Positions 1 through 8,676 of a stretch of DNA of 32,000 nucleotides are shown here, in pieces. This stretch comes from Pseudomonas aeruginosa (lineage in GTDB: Bacteria > Pseudomonadota > Gammaproteobacteria > Pseudomonadales > Pseudomonadaceae). The translations under genes and the position numbers were made by a program. The notes below the pieces were generated by a model. The model was not told the DNA's origin and searched no databases. It saw only the letters and a list, made by a program, of their open reading frames with translations. Numbering within the stretch: position 1 is the stretch's first letter; every line of letters starts with the position of its first letter. The stretch is taken from the NCBI RefSeq assembly GCF_001457615.1, contig NZ_LN831024.1:210001-242000 (forward strand). The letters are read 5' to 3'.

Positions 1-314
1 TGCTGCACCGTCAGCCAGGGGAACAGGCGGTGCTCCTGGAACACGATGCCGCGTTCGCCGCCGATGCCGGCGATTGGCCGGCCGTCGACGCGGATCTCGC
101 CGTCGTAGTCGCGGTCCAGGCCGATCAGCAGGCGCAGCAGGGTCGACTTGCCGCAGCCACTGGCGCCGACGATGGCGATGAACTCGCCCTCGCCGATCTC
201 CAGGTCGAACTGCTGGATCGCTTCCAGTCGCCGGCCGTCCACGGCGAAGTGCTTGCGCACCTGGCGGAAGCTGACCAGCGGGGTGCCCGTGGCGGGCGCG
301 GTGAATGCGTTCAT
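1..314 (-). CDS. atsC: ABC transporter ATP-binding protein, SsuB/TauB-like (partial; C-terminus lies beyond the window edge)
   Basis: Reverse-strand reading from the ATG at 314 gives [63 protein letters not shown] with Walker A [9 protein letters not shown] (about 141-167). It is immediately downstream of the permease gene with overlapping stop/start. The symbol is assigned by synteny recall. Confidence 0.85.
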   Translation of the reverse strand, partial: [104 protein letters not shown]

Positions 315-1927
315 GCGTGTCTCCAGCGCGTGGCGCGCGCTTCGATGCGTTGGCCGAGGGCATTGAGCAGGGCGCCGGTGAGGCCGACCAGGAGCATGCC
401 GGCGCCGATCAGGTCCATGCGGAACAATTGCTGGGCGCCGATCATCAGGCTGCCGATGCCGCCGTCGGAGGGCATGAAGTACTCGGCGCCGATGGTTCCC
501 AGCCAGGCGTAGATCAGCGCCAGGCGCAGGCCGGCGAACACCGACGGGGCGGCACCCGGCAGGACCAGCCGGAGCAGCCGTCGCCAGGGACCCAGGCGCA
601 GCACCCGGGCCGCCTCGCCGAGGCTCGGCGGCAGGCTGGCGATGCCGCGCTGGGTGGCCAGCAGCAGCGGGAAGAAGGCGGCGATTGCGACGAACGTCAG
701 CTTGGCCGGTTCGCCCAGGCCGAACCAGGCGGTGAGCAGCGGTACCCAGGCGAAGATCGCCACCTGCCGCAGTGCCGCGAAAGTGGGGCCGAAGAAGCGT
801 TCCGCCGGGCGCCACAGGCCGAGCAGCAGGCCGCCGAGGAAACCCAGGCCGCCGCCCAGCAGGAGCCCGCCGAGCGTGCGCTTCAGGCTGTCGAACAGGG
901 CGCCTGGGAGGCTGCCGTCGAGCGCTCCGCTCCAGGTCGCCCGCGCCACTTCCAGAGGGCTGGCGAGGATCGCCGGATCGACCCATTCGGCGCTGCTCGC
1001 CGACTGCCACAGGAGCAGCAGCGCCAGCGGCGGCAGCCACACCTGCAGGCGCTGCCAGCCGCGTCCCGGCGGGCGCCGGCGGAATTCGCCGGTGGCGGCT
1101 TGCGGCCAGTGCAGCAGGCGGCGGTCGAGCCACTGGATGGCGCGGTCCATGCCCACCCCGACCAGGCCGATGATGAGGATGCAGACGAACACGATGTCGA
1201 GCATGAACAGTTGCCGGCCCTGCACCATCAGGTAGCCGATACCCTCGCTGGAAGCCAGCAACTCGACCGCCAGCAGCGAGGTCCAGCCCTGCGCCAGGGC
1301 CAGGCGCAGCCCGGTGAGGAAGGCCGGCAGCGCCGCCGGCAGGATCAGCCGCCAGACCAGCAGGCGTGGCGGCAGGCGCAGTACTGCGGCGGCTTCGCGC
1401 AGCTTGGGCTGGGCGTCGCGCACGCCGACCAGGGTATGGATGGTCACCGGCACCACGACCGCTTTCACCAGCACCACCAGCTTGAGCAGTTCGCCGATGC
1501 CGAAGAACAGCATGAACAGCGGGATCCAGGCCAGCGTGGGGATTTGCGCGAGGGCGCTGAAGGTGGGGAAGACCAGGCGCTCGGCACGCGGACTGAAGCC
1601 CAGCCAGGCGCCTAGCGCGGCGCCGCTGGCGACCCCGGCGAGCAGGCCCCAGGCCAGGCGCCGCAGGCTGATCGCCAATTCGCTCCAGAGTTCGCCGGCG
1701 AGCAACTCGCGGGCGCTCTGCCAGACCAGCTCGGGAGTTGGCAGCACCTGGGCCGACATCCAGTGGCGATGGCTGGCGACCCACCACAGCAGCGCCAGCC
1801 CGAGCGGCAGCAACCAGGGCAGCAGGCCGTCCCCCAGGCGCCGGGCGAAAGCCGCGGAGGGCGGCGGCGCCAGGCGCGGCAGGGGCCGGCTCCAGGCGGG
1901 CGAAAGGGTTTTATCGATATTCTTCAT
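311..1927 (-). CDS. atsB: ABC transporter permease with two fused SsuC/TauC-like transmembrane domains
   Basis: Long ORF. The likely start MKNIDKTLSP is at 1927. Two halves each carry a binding-protein-dependent permease EAA-like motif (REAAAVLRLPPRLLVWRLILPAALPAFLTGLRLALAQGW and GEAARVLRLGPWRRLLRLVLPGAAPSVFAGLRLALIYAW). Confidence 0.88.
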   Translation of the reverse strand: MKNIDKTLSPAWSRPLPRLAPPPSAAFARRLGDGLLPWLLPLGLALLWWVASHRHWMSAQVLPTPELVWQSARELLAGELWSELAISLRRLAWGLLAGVASGAALGAWLGFSPRAERLVFPTFSALAQIPTLAWIPLFMLFFGIGELLKLVVLVKAVVVPVTIHTLVGVRDAQPKLREAAAVLRLPPRLLVWRLILPAALPAFLTGLRLALAQGWTSLLAVELLASSEGIGYLMVQGRQLFMLDIVFVCILIIGLVGVGMDRAIQWLDRRLLHWPQAATGEFRRRPPGRGWQRLQVWLPPLALLLLWQSASSAEWVDPAILASPLEVARATWSGALDGSLPGALFDSLKRTLGGLLLGGGLGFLGGLLLGLWRPAERFFGPTFAALRQVAIFAWVPLLTAWFGLGEPAKLTFVAIAAFFPLLLATQRGIASLPPSLGEAARVLRLGPWRRLLRLVLPGAAPSVFAGLRLALIYAWLGTIGAEYFMPSDGGIGSLMIGAQQLFRMDLIGAGMLLVGLTGALLNALGQRIEARATRWRHA

Positions 1928-2193
1928 GGGAATATAAATCGCCGAATAAATGCATTTTTTCGCTAAGAAGGGCCATTTAAAGAAAGGCCCCAGGCAGCGG
2001 CAAATGCATTTGGAGAATATTTTCCATGCTCTGGCTGCATATGACGCGGAGAGGCCCGTGCGGCCTGTCATACTGCTTGTGGTTATAAAAAAATGAATTT
2101 TTATTATTTATTTTCGAGGCGCCGCTGTGCATAGCTAGCCGTACACCCGCTCCCGGCGGGAATCCCTCTCTTCCCGTTCCAAGGAGCCGCCCC

Positions 2194-3255
2194 ATGAAAG
2201 CGCTTACGTCTTCCCTGCTCGGTCTGTTCGCCGCGCCTGTGCTCGCCGGCCTGCTCGGTGCCTACGTGCCGCTGGCGAGCGCCGCTCCGCCGAAGGAAAT
2301 CCGCATCGCGGTGCCGGACGTCAGCGCCGGCAGTTCGCACTCGGGCGGCGGCGTGGTCGACGTGCTCTACACCCGCCAGTTGCTGGAGAAGGAGTTCGCC
2401 AACGACGGCATCGCGGTGAAATGGAGCTTCTTCAAGGGCGCCGGCCCGGTGGTCAACGAAGCGTTCGCCAACGGCCAGGTGGACTTCGCCTACCTCGGCG
2501 ACCTGGCGGCGATCATCGGCAAGTCCGGAGGCCTGGACAGCCGCCTGCTGGCCGCTACCGCGCGAGGGGTCAACCACTATCTCGGCGTGCAGCCGGGCTC
2601 CGGGATCAAGACCCTGGAGGATCTCAAGGGCAAGCGCGTAGGCATCTTCCGTGGCACCGCCAGCCAGTTGTCGTTCGACAATGCCCTGGCCAGCGTCGGT
2701 CTCAGCGAGAAGGACCTGAAGGTGATCAACCTCGATTTCAGCGCCGCCCTGTCCGCCCTCGCAGCCAGGCAGATCGATGCCACCTGGGGCCTGGCCGGAC
2801 TGTTCGCCCTGCGCGACCGCGGGCTCGCGGAAATTCCGCTGAGCACCCGCGACCTGAACGGCGCCGGCACCCTGCAGGCGCTGCTGGTCGGCTCCGGAGC
2901 CTTCGTCGATGCCCATCCGGACATCACCGAGCGGCTGCTCAAGGTGCAGTTGCAGGCCCAGGACTGGCTGGCCCGCGAGGAGAACCGCGACGCCTACATC
3001 GAACTGGTGTCGAAGCAGGCCAGCTACCCGGTGGTGATCCTGCAGAGCGAGTACCGTGGCCGCAAGCTGGGCGACGCCCTGTCGCCGCGCCTGGACGCCG
3101 ATTTCCTTGGCCGGCTGGATGCTTCGATCCAGGCGGCCAAGCGTTTCGGCCTGATCCGTCGCGAATTCAGCGCCGAGCAGTGGGCCGCGCCGGAACTGCT
3201 GGAGGCGGCCGGCAAGCTGGCGAAGGCCAAGGCCGTGGCGCAGGCGGCGGAGTGA
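2194..3255 (+). CDS. atsR: ABC transporter periplasmic substrate-binding protein (sulfonate/sulfate-ester type)
   Basis: 353 aa ORF with an N-terminal signal-like sequence (MKALTSSLLGLFAAPVLAGLLGAYVPLASAAPPKEIRIAVPD) and features GQVDFAYLGDLAAI, GVQPGSGIKTLEDLKGKRVG and LARRGE-type C-terminal features. It is divergent from the permease/ATPase pair. Confidence 0.85.
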   Translation: MKALTSSLLGLFAAPVLAGLLGAYVPLASAAPPKEIRIAVPDVSAGSSHSGGGVVDVLYTRQLLEKEFANDGIAVKWSFFKGAGPVVNEAFANGQVDFAYLGDLAAIIGKSGGLDSRLLAATARGVNHYLGVQPGSGIKTLEDLKGKRVGIFRGTASQLSFDNALASVGLSEKDLKVINLDFSAALSALAARQIDATWGLAGLFALRDRGLAEIPLSTRDLNGAGTLQALLVGSGAFVDAHPDITERLLKVQLQAQDWLAREENRDAYIELVSKQASYPVVILQSEYRGRKLGDALSPRLDADFLGRLDASIQAAKRFGLIRREFSAEQWAAPELLEAAGKLAKAKAVAQAAE

Positions 3256-3672
3256 CGCCGAGCCGGGGACGGCCGAGGCGGCGCCGTTTCGTAGCAATTT
3301 GTAATATGTTTCGAGATTCTTGCACCGACCCAACCAATGACTGGATCGAGCGAAGTATCCAGCCGTTGGTCGGGGATTCTGCGTATATCGCGTCATGAAA
3401 GTTTCACGCGGGTAATCCGCAGGTTATTCCGCGATCATTTCGTTCGTTAATCGCCCCATATATTCAGATACAAAATCGGCACTGCCAATTCTTCCAGTTT
3501 TCCCTTCCGACAATTCTCCCGACCCTCCCCGGAAACAACTCCAAGTATCTCGCGGCGAACCGCCGCGTCCCGCATCTAGCCTGCCCATCACTACGACAGC
3601 GCGGCGCCAGCGCCGGGCCTCGCCCTGCGCGTCGGCGGCATTCCTGATTTTCTTCCGGAGGAGAGCGGTCAT

Positions 3673-4488
3673 ATGAATCTCGATAGCAAATTGTTCGACG
3701 CGACACTCGATCTCGAACGCGTGAAAGTTTCGGTGAGAACGCTGGTGAAGTTATCCCGCCAGGAACAATCGGCGATCATCCGGACCCTCAACGAGTTTGG
3801 TTTCCTGCTGTTGCGCAGCGAACACGGCGAAGACAGGCAGGAACTTCTCGCGCTCAAGGAGTTGTTCGGCCGCGCCGCCCCCCACCCGCGCGCCGACGCC
3901 GACGGCATCGTGCCGATCAGCAATGCGCGGTATGTCAGCGGCTACCTCGGCTCCACGCCGCTGGAGCACAAGCTGCACACCGACGGCGCTTTCCTCGACA
4001 CCCCGGAGCAATTGTGCAGCCTGCAATGCGTGCGCAACGCCCGGGAGGGCGGGGAGACCCTGCTGGCCAGCGCCGGACTGGCCTTCGAGCGCCTGCGCCG
4101 GCGCATGCCGACCAAGCATCTCGGCCTGCTGCGCGGCGACGCCCTGACCATCGTGCGCAAGCACCAGAGCAGCACCCAGCCGGTGTTCCGCCTGAACGGC
4201 GAGGCGCTGGGCATCAAGTTCCGGCAGAACGACGGGGCGGCCGAGGTGGTCGAGCACCCTGTGGCGGTGGAGGCCTTCGCCGAACTGGTGGCGGCGCTCG
4301 AGGATCCGGCCTGCCAACTGCGGATCAAGCTCGAACCGGGGGAAATCCTGGTGCTCGACAACACCGCGGTGTTGCACGGGCGCACCGCCTTCTGCGCCAA
4401 CGAACTGCGCGAAATGCGCCGGCTCAACTTCGACGGCCACGGCCGCCTGCGGGCGGAGCTGGAACTGGGCTTCAAGGTGGGGTTGTGA
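3673..4488 (+). CDS. TauD/TfdA-family Fe(II)/2-oxoglutarate-dependent dioxygenase-like protein
   Basis: 271 aa ORF starting at the ATG after GGAGGAGAG. HxD motif in LEHKLHTDGAFLDTPEQLCSLQC and distal His in LVLDNTAVLHGRTAF. Confidence 0.85.
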   Translation: MNLDSKLFDATLDLERVKVSVRTLVKLSRQEQSAIIRTLNEFGFLLLRSEHGEDRQELLALKELFGRAAPHPRADADGIVPISNARYVSGYLGSTPLEHKLHTDGAFLDTPEQLCSLQCVRNAREGGETLLASAGLAFERLRRRMPTKHLGLLRGDALTIVRKHQSSTQPVFRLNGEALGIKFRQNDGAAEVVEHPVAVEAFAELVAALEDPACQLRIKLEPGEILVLDNTAVLHGRTAFCANELREMRRLNFDGHGRLRAELELGFKVGL

Positions 4489-5366
4489 TCGCACAGTTCG
4501 TCGCGGTGGTGCTGCCGATCCTGATCTGCACCGGGATCGGTTTCGCCTGGAGCCGTTCCGCCGGGCCGGTGGATACCCGCGCGCTGGTGTTCCTGGTGGC
4601 CAACGTCGGCTTTCCCTGCCTGCTGCTGTCGTCGCTGGACCGCCCCGGCCTGTCCATTGGCATGGTGGCCGGGGTGTTCCTCGCCACCGCGCTGGCGGTG
4701 CTGGCGTTCGCCCTGCTGGGCCTGGTCGCCCTGCGCCTGCTGCGGATGCCGGTGCGGCGCTACCTGCCGTCGATCATGCTGCCGAACTCCGGGAACATGG
4801 GCATCCCCATCGCCTACCTGGCCTTCGGCGAGGAGGCGCTGGTGTATGCGGTGGCGTTCTCCACCCTGATCCAGGTGGGTCACGCGACGCTCGGCGTCTG
4901 GTTCGCTTCGGGCGATATCACCCCGGCGAGCATCCTGCGCAACCCGATGATCTATGCCCTGGCCGTGGCGCTGGGCCTGATCGCCCTGGGCTGGAGCCTG
5001 CCGCCGCCGTTGCGCGATGTGACCCGCCTGCTGGGTGGGATTACCGTGCCGCTGATGCTGGTGATGCTCGGCCTGTCGCTGGCCGGTCTGCGCCTGCACG
5101 AGACCTGGCGGCCGTTGCTGCTGTCTCTGGTGCGGGTCTGGGGCGGTTTCGCGGTCGGCTATGGGATCGCTACCGGCCTGGGCATGGAGGCGGTGGCGGC
5201 GGGCACCTTCGCCATCCAGTGCGGGATGCCGACCGCGGTGCTCACCTACCTGTTGGCCAAGCGTTACGACGGACCGGTGAACGAAGTGGCAGGCATGGTG
5301 CTGATCACCACGCTGCTGGTGCTGCTCTCCACGCCTTTGTTCATCCAGTTGCTGCCGCGCGCGTGA
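4485..5366 (+). CDS. AEC-family (auxin efflux carrier/MdcF-like) transporter
   Basis: A GTG start overlaps the previous stop by 4 nt. About 293 aa, multiple hydrophobic helices, and characteristic LPSIMLPNSGNMGIPIAYLAFG and FAIQCGMPTAVLTYLLAKRY. Confidence 0.82.
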   Translation: MIAQFVAVVLPILICTGIGFAWSRSAGPVDTRALVFLVANVGFPCLLLSSLDRPGLSIGMVAGVFLATALAVLAFALLGLVALRLLRMPVRRYLPSIMLPNSGNMGIPIAYLAFGEEALVYAVAFSTLIQVGHATLGVWFASGDITPASILRNPMIYALAVALGLIALGWSLPPPLRDVTRLLGGITVPLMLVMLGLSLAGLRLHETWRPLLLSLVRVWGGFAVGYGIATGLGMEAVAAGTFAIQCGMPTAVLTYLLAKRYDGPVNEVAGMVLITTLLVLLSTPLFIQLLPRA

Positions 5367-5373
5367 AGACGAT

Positions 5374-5399
5374 CCGGGCCGCCCCGCGGGGCGGCCCGG
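5374..5399. terminator. Perfect 26-bp GC palindrome between convergent genes; probable bidirectional termination hairpin
   Basis: CCGGGCCGCCCCGCGGGGCGGCCCGG between the transporter stop (5366) and the porin stop (5404). No U-tract is present. Confidence 0.5.
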
Positions 5400-5403
5400 G
5401 GCG

Positions 5404-6762
5404 TCACCAGATCGAGCGGGAGTAATCGACGACCAGCCGGGTTTCGTCGATGTCGCCGTCGAGATAGCTCGCGTTGCCCCGGTGCCAGGCCTGCGAGGCG
5501 CGCAGCGCGAGGCCGGCGAGGGGGCCCGCCTTGACCCGATAGGCGAAGCCGAGGTCGCTTTCCCGGTGCCGCCCGTCACGCCCGTAGAGTCCGGCGTAGA
5601 TGCTCTCGGCGGCACTGCTGGCGCTGGCCCCGGCACGGCCGCGGGCATGCAGCGCATGCAGGCTGAGCCCAGGCAGGCCGAGCGCGCCGAGGTCCAGGTC
5701 ATAGCGTAATTGCCAGGAACGCTCGCCCGGTCCGTTGAAGTCGGAGTAGCCCACCGAGTTGGCCAGTACCATGGACGCGCTGGAGCGCCCGTCGCCGAAG
5801 GCCATGTAGTCGAACGGCTGCTCGCCATGGACACGCTGGTAGGCCAGGGTGATGCGCTGCGGCCCCTGTTCGTAGCCCAGGGCCAGGGAGCTGGCCAGGG
5901 TGTCGATGCGGCCGAAGCGGCTCTGGCCGCTGTCGCGGGTGCGGTAGGCGTCGAGGTCGACCCGCAGCGCGCGCTCCCCGCCCAGCGGCTGGCGATGGCT
6001 GGCGCCGAAATAGGCCTGCTGCCAGATGTCGTCGAAGCGCGAGGCGTAGAGCGACAGTTGCAGCCGCTCCGTGGCCTGCCATTGACCGCCGAGGAAGCCG
6101 ACCGCGTCGAGGCGCACCGGATAGGCGCCGAGGCGTCCGTAGACGGTGCTGATGTCGCCGCGGACCTTGGATTCGCCGGGGCCGGAGGCGGCGGTGAAGC
6201 GCCCGCCCTCGAGCAGCAGCCCGTCGAACGAGCGGTCCTCCAGCAGCAGGCCGTAGGCCATGCCGGCCAGCGTGCGGTTGCTGCTGGCGGCGAACACCGG
6301 CGCGCTGGTGGTGGTCTGGCCGTACTTCAGGCGGGTTTCGCCGTGGCGTAGCCTGAGGGCGCCACCGACCTTGCCGTAGCGATGGTCGGGATGGCCGTCG
6401 GCGCCGACCGGCAGGTTGCCGGTGCCGGTGCGGCCGCCGCCGCTGTCCAGTTGCAGGCCGAGCATGGCATGGGCGTCGAGGCCGAAGCCGAGGCTGCCCG
6501 GCGTGTAGCCGGAGGCGAACTGGAGGCGCAGGCCCTGGGTGGCTTCCTCACGGTAGCCGTTGCGCTCGCTCCTGGGCTTGAAGCGGTTGCGCCCGGCGTT
6601 GTTCGGGCTGTCGCGGTAGTCGCGGTTGAAGTAGTAGGTGCGAGCGAGGAACTGCAGTTCGCTGTCCTCGACGAAGCCCCCATCCCCGGCCGTCGCGGCC
6701 GCCCCTTCGGAAAGCGTGCCGGCGACCAGGCCGGCGAATACAGCGCGTCTGAGATTTTGCAT
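5404..6762 (-). CDS. OprD-family outer membrane porin
   Basis: 452 aa ORF with signal peptide MQNLRRAVFAGLVAGTLSEGAAA, FVEDSELQFLARTYYFNRDYRD near the N-terminus, and beta-barrel-like alternation ending in an aromatic residue (VVDYSRSIW). Confidence 0.9.
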   Translation of the reverse strand: MQNLRRAVFAGLVAGTLSEGAAATAGDGGFVEDSELQFLARTYYFNRDYRDSPNNAGRNRFKPRSERNGYREEATQGLRLQFASGYTPGSLGFGLDAHAMLGLQLDSGGGRTGTGNLPVGADGHPDHRYGKVGGALRLRHGETRLKYGQTTTSAPVFAASSNRTLAGMAYGLLLEDRSFDGLLLEGGRFTAASGPGESKVRGDISTVYGRLGAYPVRLDAVGFLGGQWQATERLQLSLYASRFDDIWQQAYFGASHRQPLGGERALRVDLDAYRTRDSGQSRFGRIDTLASSLALGYEQGPQRITLAYQRVHGEQPFDYMAFGDGRSSASMVLANSVGYSDFNGPGERSWQLRYDLDLGALGLPGLSLHALHARGRAGASASSAAESIYAGLYGRDGRHRESDLGFAYRVKAGPLAGLALRASQAWHRGNASYLDGDIDETRLVVDYSRSIW

Positions 6763-7009
6763 TTATTGTTTTCTCCCACCTGAGTGCCAGGTGGGCGCAG
6801 TCTCGGAAGTCGCTCCGCAGGCCGCTTGTGTTTCCCTGCCTCGGCTTTTGCCGGGGCCTGCCATTGGCAGGGGCTGGCATGTGCAACGGCAGGCCGGGTC
6901 AAGCATTTCGGAAGTCACCGACGGAGAGTGTGGCGTCGGCCGTCATCCGCAACGGCCGTGGGTGGGAGCCTAGGCTCCCGATGCAACCTCGCCTCAGGGA
7001 ATACGCTTC

Positions 7010-7735
7010 ATGAACAACAAGACCCTATGCCCTTCGCTCTTGCTCTGCCTTTCGCTGCTCGCACCGCTGTCTTGTCTCGGGGAGACCGCCGCCGCGCCCT
7101 ATCCGCTGGCCCACCCACCGCGCCTGGCCGACTACCTCCCGCCGCCGCCGGCGGCGGACTCGGCTGCGGCCGTCGCCGATCTCGGCGCGGTGCTGGAGGC
7201 GCAACGCCTGCGCACGCCCGAACAGGTACGCCGGGTACGCGCCCACGACCAGTGGGAGGACAACGTCTTCCCCTTCGCCGGCGACCTGCTGGGCGCCTCG
7301 TTCGACAAGGAACGCCTGCCGCTGACCCGGAGTTTCTTCAACCGCGCCCAGGAAAACCTGGTCGAGGTGCTGATGCCGGCGAAGAAGCACTTCGCCCGCC
7401 CGCGTCCCTACGAAGTGACACCGAAGGTGAAGCCGGTGCTGCCGCCGCCGGAGGGGGAGTCCTATCCCAGCGGCCACACCATGGACAGCTACTTCAAGGC
7501 CTCGCTGCTGAGCATGCTGGTGCCGGAGCATCACGATGCGTTCTTCGCCCGCGCCGAGGAGCATGCGCAGAGCCGTGTGCTGGCCGGCGTGCACTTCCCC
7601 AGCGACCTGGAAGGCGGGCAGACCGCCGCCGCGGCGCTGGTGGCGAGCCTGCTGGCCGATCCGGCGGTGGCCGCCGACTTCGCCGCGGTGCGCGAGGAGC
7701 TGCGCGGCGCGCTGGGGTTGCCGAAACTCCAGTAG
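7010..7735 (+). CDS. Class A nonspecific acid phosphatase (PAP2 superfamily)
   Basis: 241 aa ORF with signal peptide and the signature KKHFARPRP ... PSGHT ... SRVLAGVHFPSDLEGG. Confidence 0.92.
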   Translation: MNNKTLCPSLLLCLSLLAPLSCLGETAAAPYPLAHPPRLADYLPPPPAADSAAAVADLGAVLEAQRLRTPEQVRRVRAHDQWEDNVFPFAGDLLGASFDKERLPLTRSFFNRAQENLVEVLMPAKKHFARPRPYEVTPKVKPVLPPPEGESYPSGHTMDSYFKASLLSMLVPEHHDAFFARAEEHAQSRVLAGVHFPSDLEGGQTAAAALVASLLADPAVAADFAAVREELRGALGLPKLQ

Positions 7736-7749
7736 AGGAAGGGAAAGCG

Positions 7750-7771
7750 CGCGGCGGCTCAGGCCGCCGCG
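7750..7771. terminator. GC hairpin overlapping the LysR stop codon between convergent genes
   Basis: CGCGGCGGC-TCAG-GCCGCCGCG: perfect 9-bp stem with a 4-nt loop. It lacks a U-tract. Confidence 0.4.
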
Positions 7772-8676
7772 TGTTGCGCCTGGTCCAGTTCCACCAGCGT
7801 CTCGATCATCGCCTTGGCCGCTGCCGAAAGCCGGTAGCCGCTGCGGCTGATGATGCCGCAGCGGGCGCTGAGGCTATCCAGGTTCTGCGGCAGGTTGCGC
7901 CACTGTAGCGGTTGCAGTTCGCCGCGCTGCAGGTAGGGGCGCAGGGTCTCGTCGCTGGCGATGCCGATGGCGTCGGTCTGGCGGACGATACGGATCAGCG
8001 CGTGCATGTTCTCGCAGCGGATGTTGGCGGCGAAGTCGATCTTGCCGCTGAGGTTCGCCAGCAGCTTGCGGATGCCCGGGGGAATCAGGGTCGAGGCCAG
8101 CGGGTAGTTGAACAGGTCGTTGGTGGACAGGCTGTCCTTGCCCAGCAGCGGATGTTGCGGACGGCAGAAGAACTGGCCGCGGCGCGGGGTCAGCGGGCGC
8201 GTCTGGAAGTTCGGGTCGGCCTCGAAGTCGCGGATGTCGGCGACGAAGAATTCGATCTCTTCGCGGAGCAGGGCGCGGCTGAGCTTTTCCCAGTTGTCCA
8301 CGTCCAGGCTGATCTGCACCCGCGGGTGGCGGTTGATGAAGTCGGCCACCGCGTCCGGCACCAGTTGCTGGGCCGGCGCCGGCCCGCTGCCGAAGCGCAG
8401 CTCGCCGGCATCCAGCTTGTTCAACTGGGCGATCTCGTGGATCAGGTTGGCCGACCCCTGCACCAGGCTCAGCGCGTGTTGCAGCACCACCTGGCCTTCC
8501 GGCGTCGGGCGCAGGTCCTTGCTGCCACGGTCCACCAACTGACAGCCAAGCTCCTGCTCCAGGCCCTGGATGCTGCGGCTGAAGGCCGGCTGGGTGATGC
8601 CCATGGCGTCCGCCGCGCGGACGAAACTGCGGTGTTCGGCGAGGGCGATGAAGTAACGCAGTTGGCGCAGATCCAT
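7759..8676 (-). CDS. LysR-family transcriptional regulator
   Basis: 305 aa with N-terminal HTH MDLRQLRYFIALAEHRSFVRAADAMGITQPAFSRSIQGLEQELGCQLVDR. Divergent from the TonB-dependent receptor. Confidence 0.95.
   Translation of the reverse strand: MDLRQLRYFIALAEHRSFVRAADAMGITQPAFSRSIQGLEQELGCQLVDRGSKDLRPTPEGQVVLQHALSLVQGSANLIHEIAQLNKLDAGELRFGSGPAPAQQLVPDAVADFINRHPRVQISLDVDNWEKLSRALLREEIEFFVADIRDFEADPNFQTRPLTPRRGQFFCRPQHPLLGKDSLSTNDLFNYPLASTLIPPGIRKLLANLSGKIDFAANIRCENMHALIRIVRQTDAIGIASDETLRPYLQRGELQPLQWRNLPQNLDSLSARCGIISRSGYRLSAAAKAMIETLVELDQAQHAAA

Noticed and set aside
311-1999. Longer N-terminal extension of the fused permease (MTGRTGLSASYAARAWKIF...)
   Set aside because: The upstream start at 2071 adds an atypical, AT-rich segment overlapping the probable promoter region; MKNIDKTLSP at 1927 is the better start.
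3942-5834. 630 aa minus-strand ORF over the dioxygenase and transporter
   Set aside because: Low-complexity shadow frame; transporter and dioxygenase frames carry family motifs.
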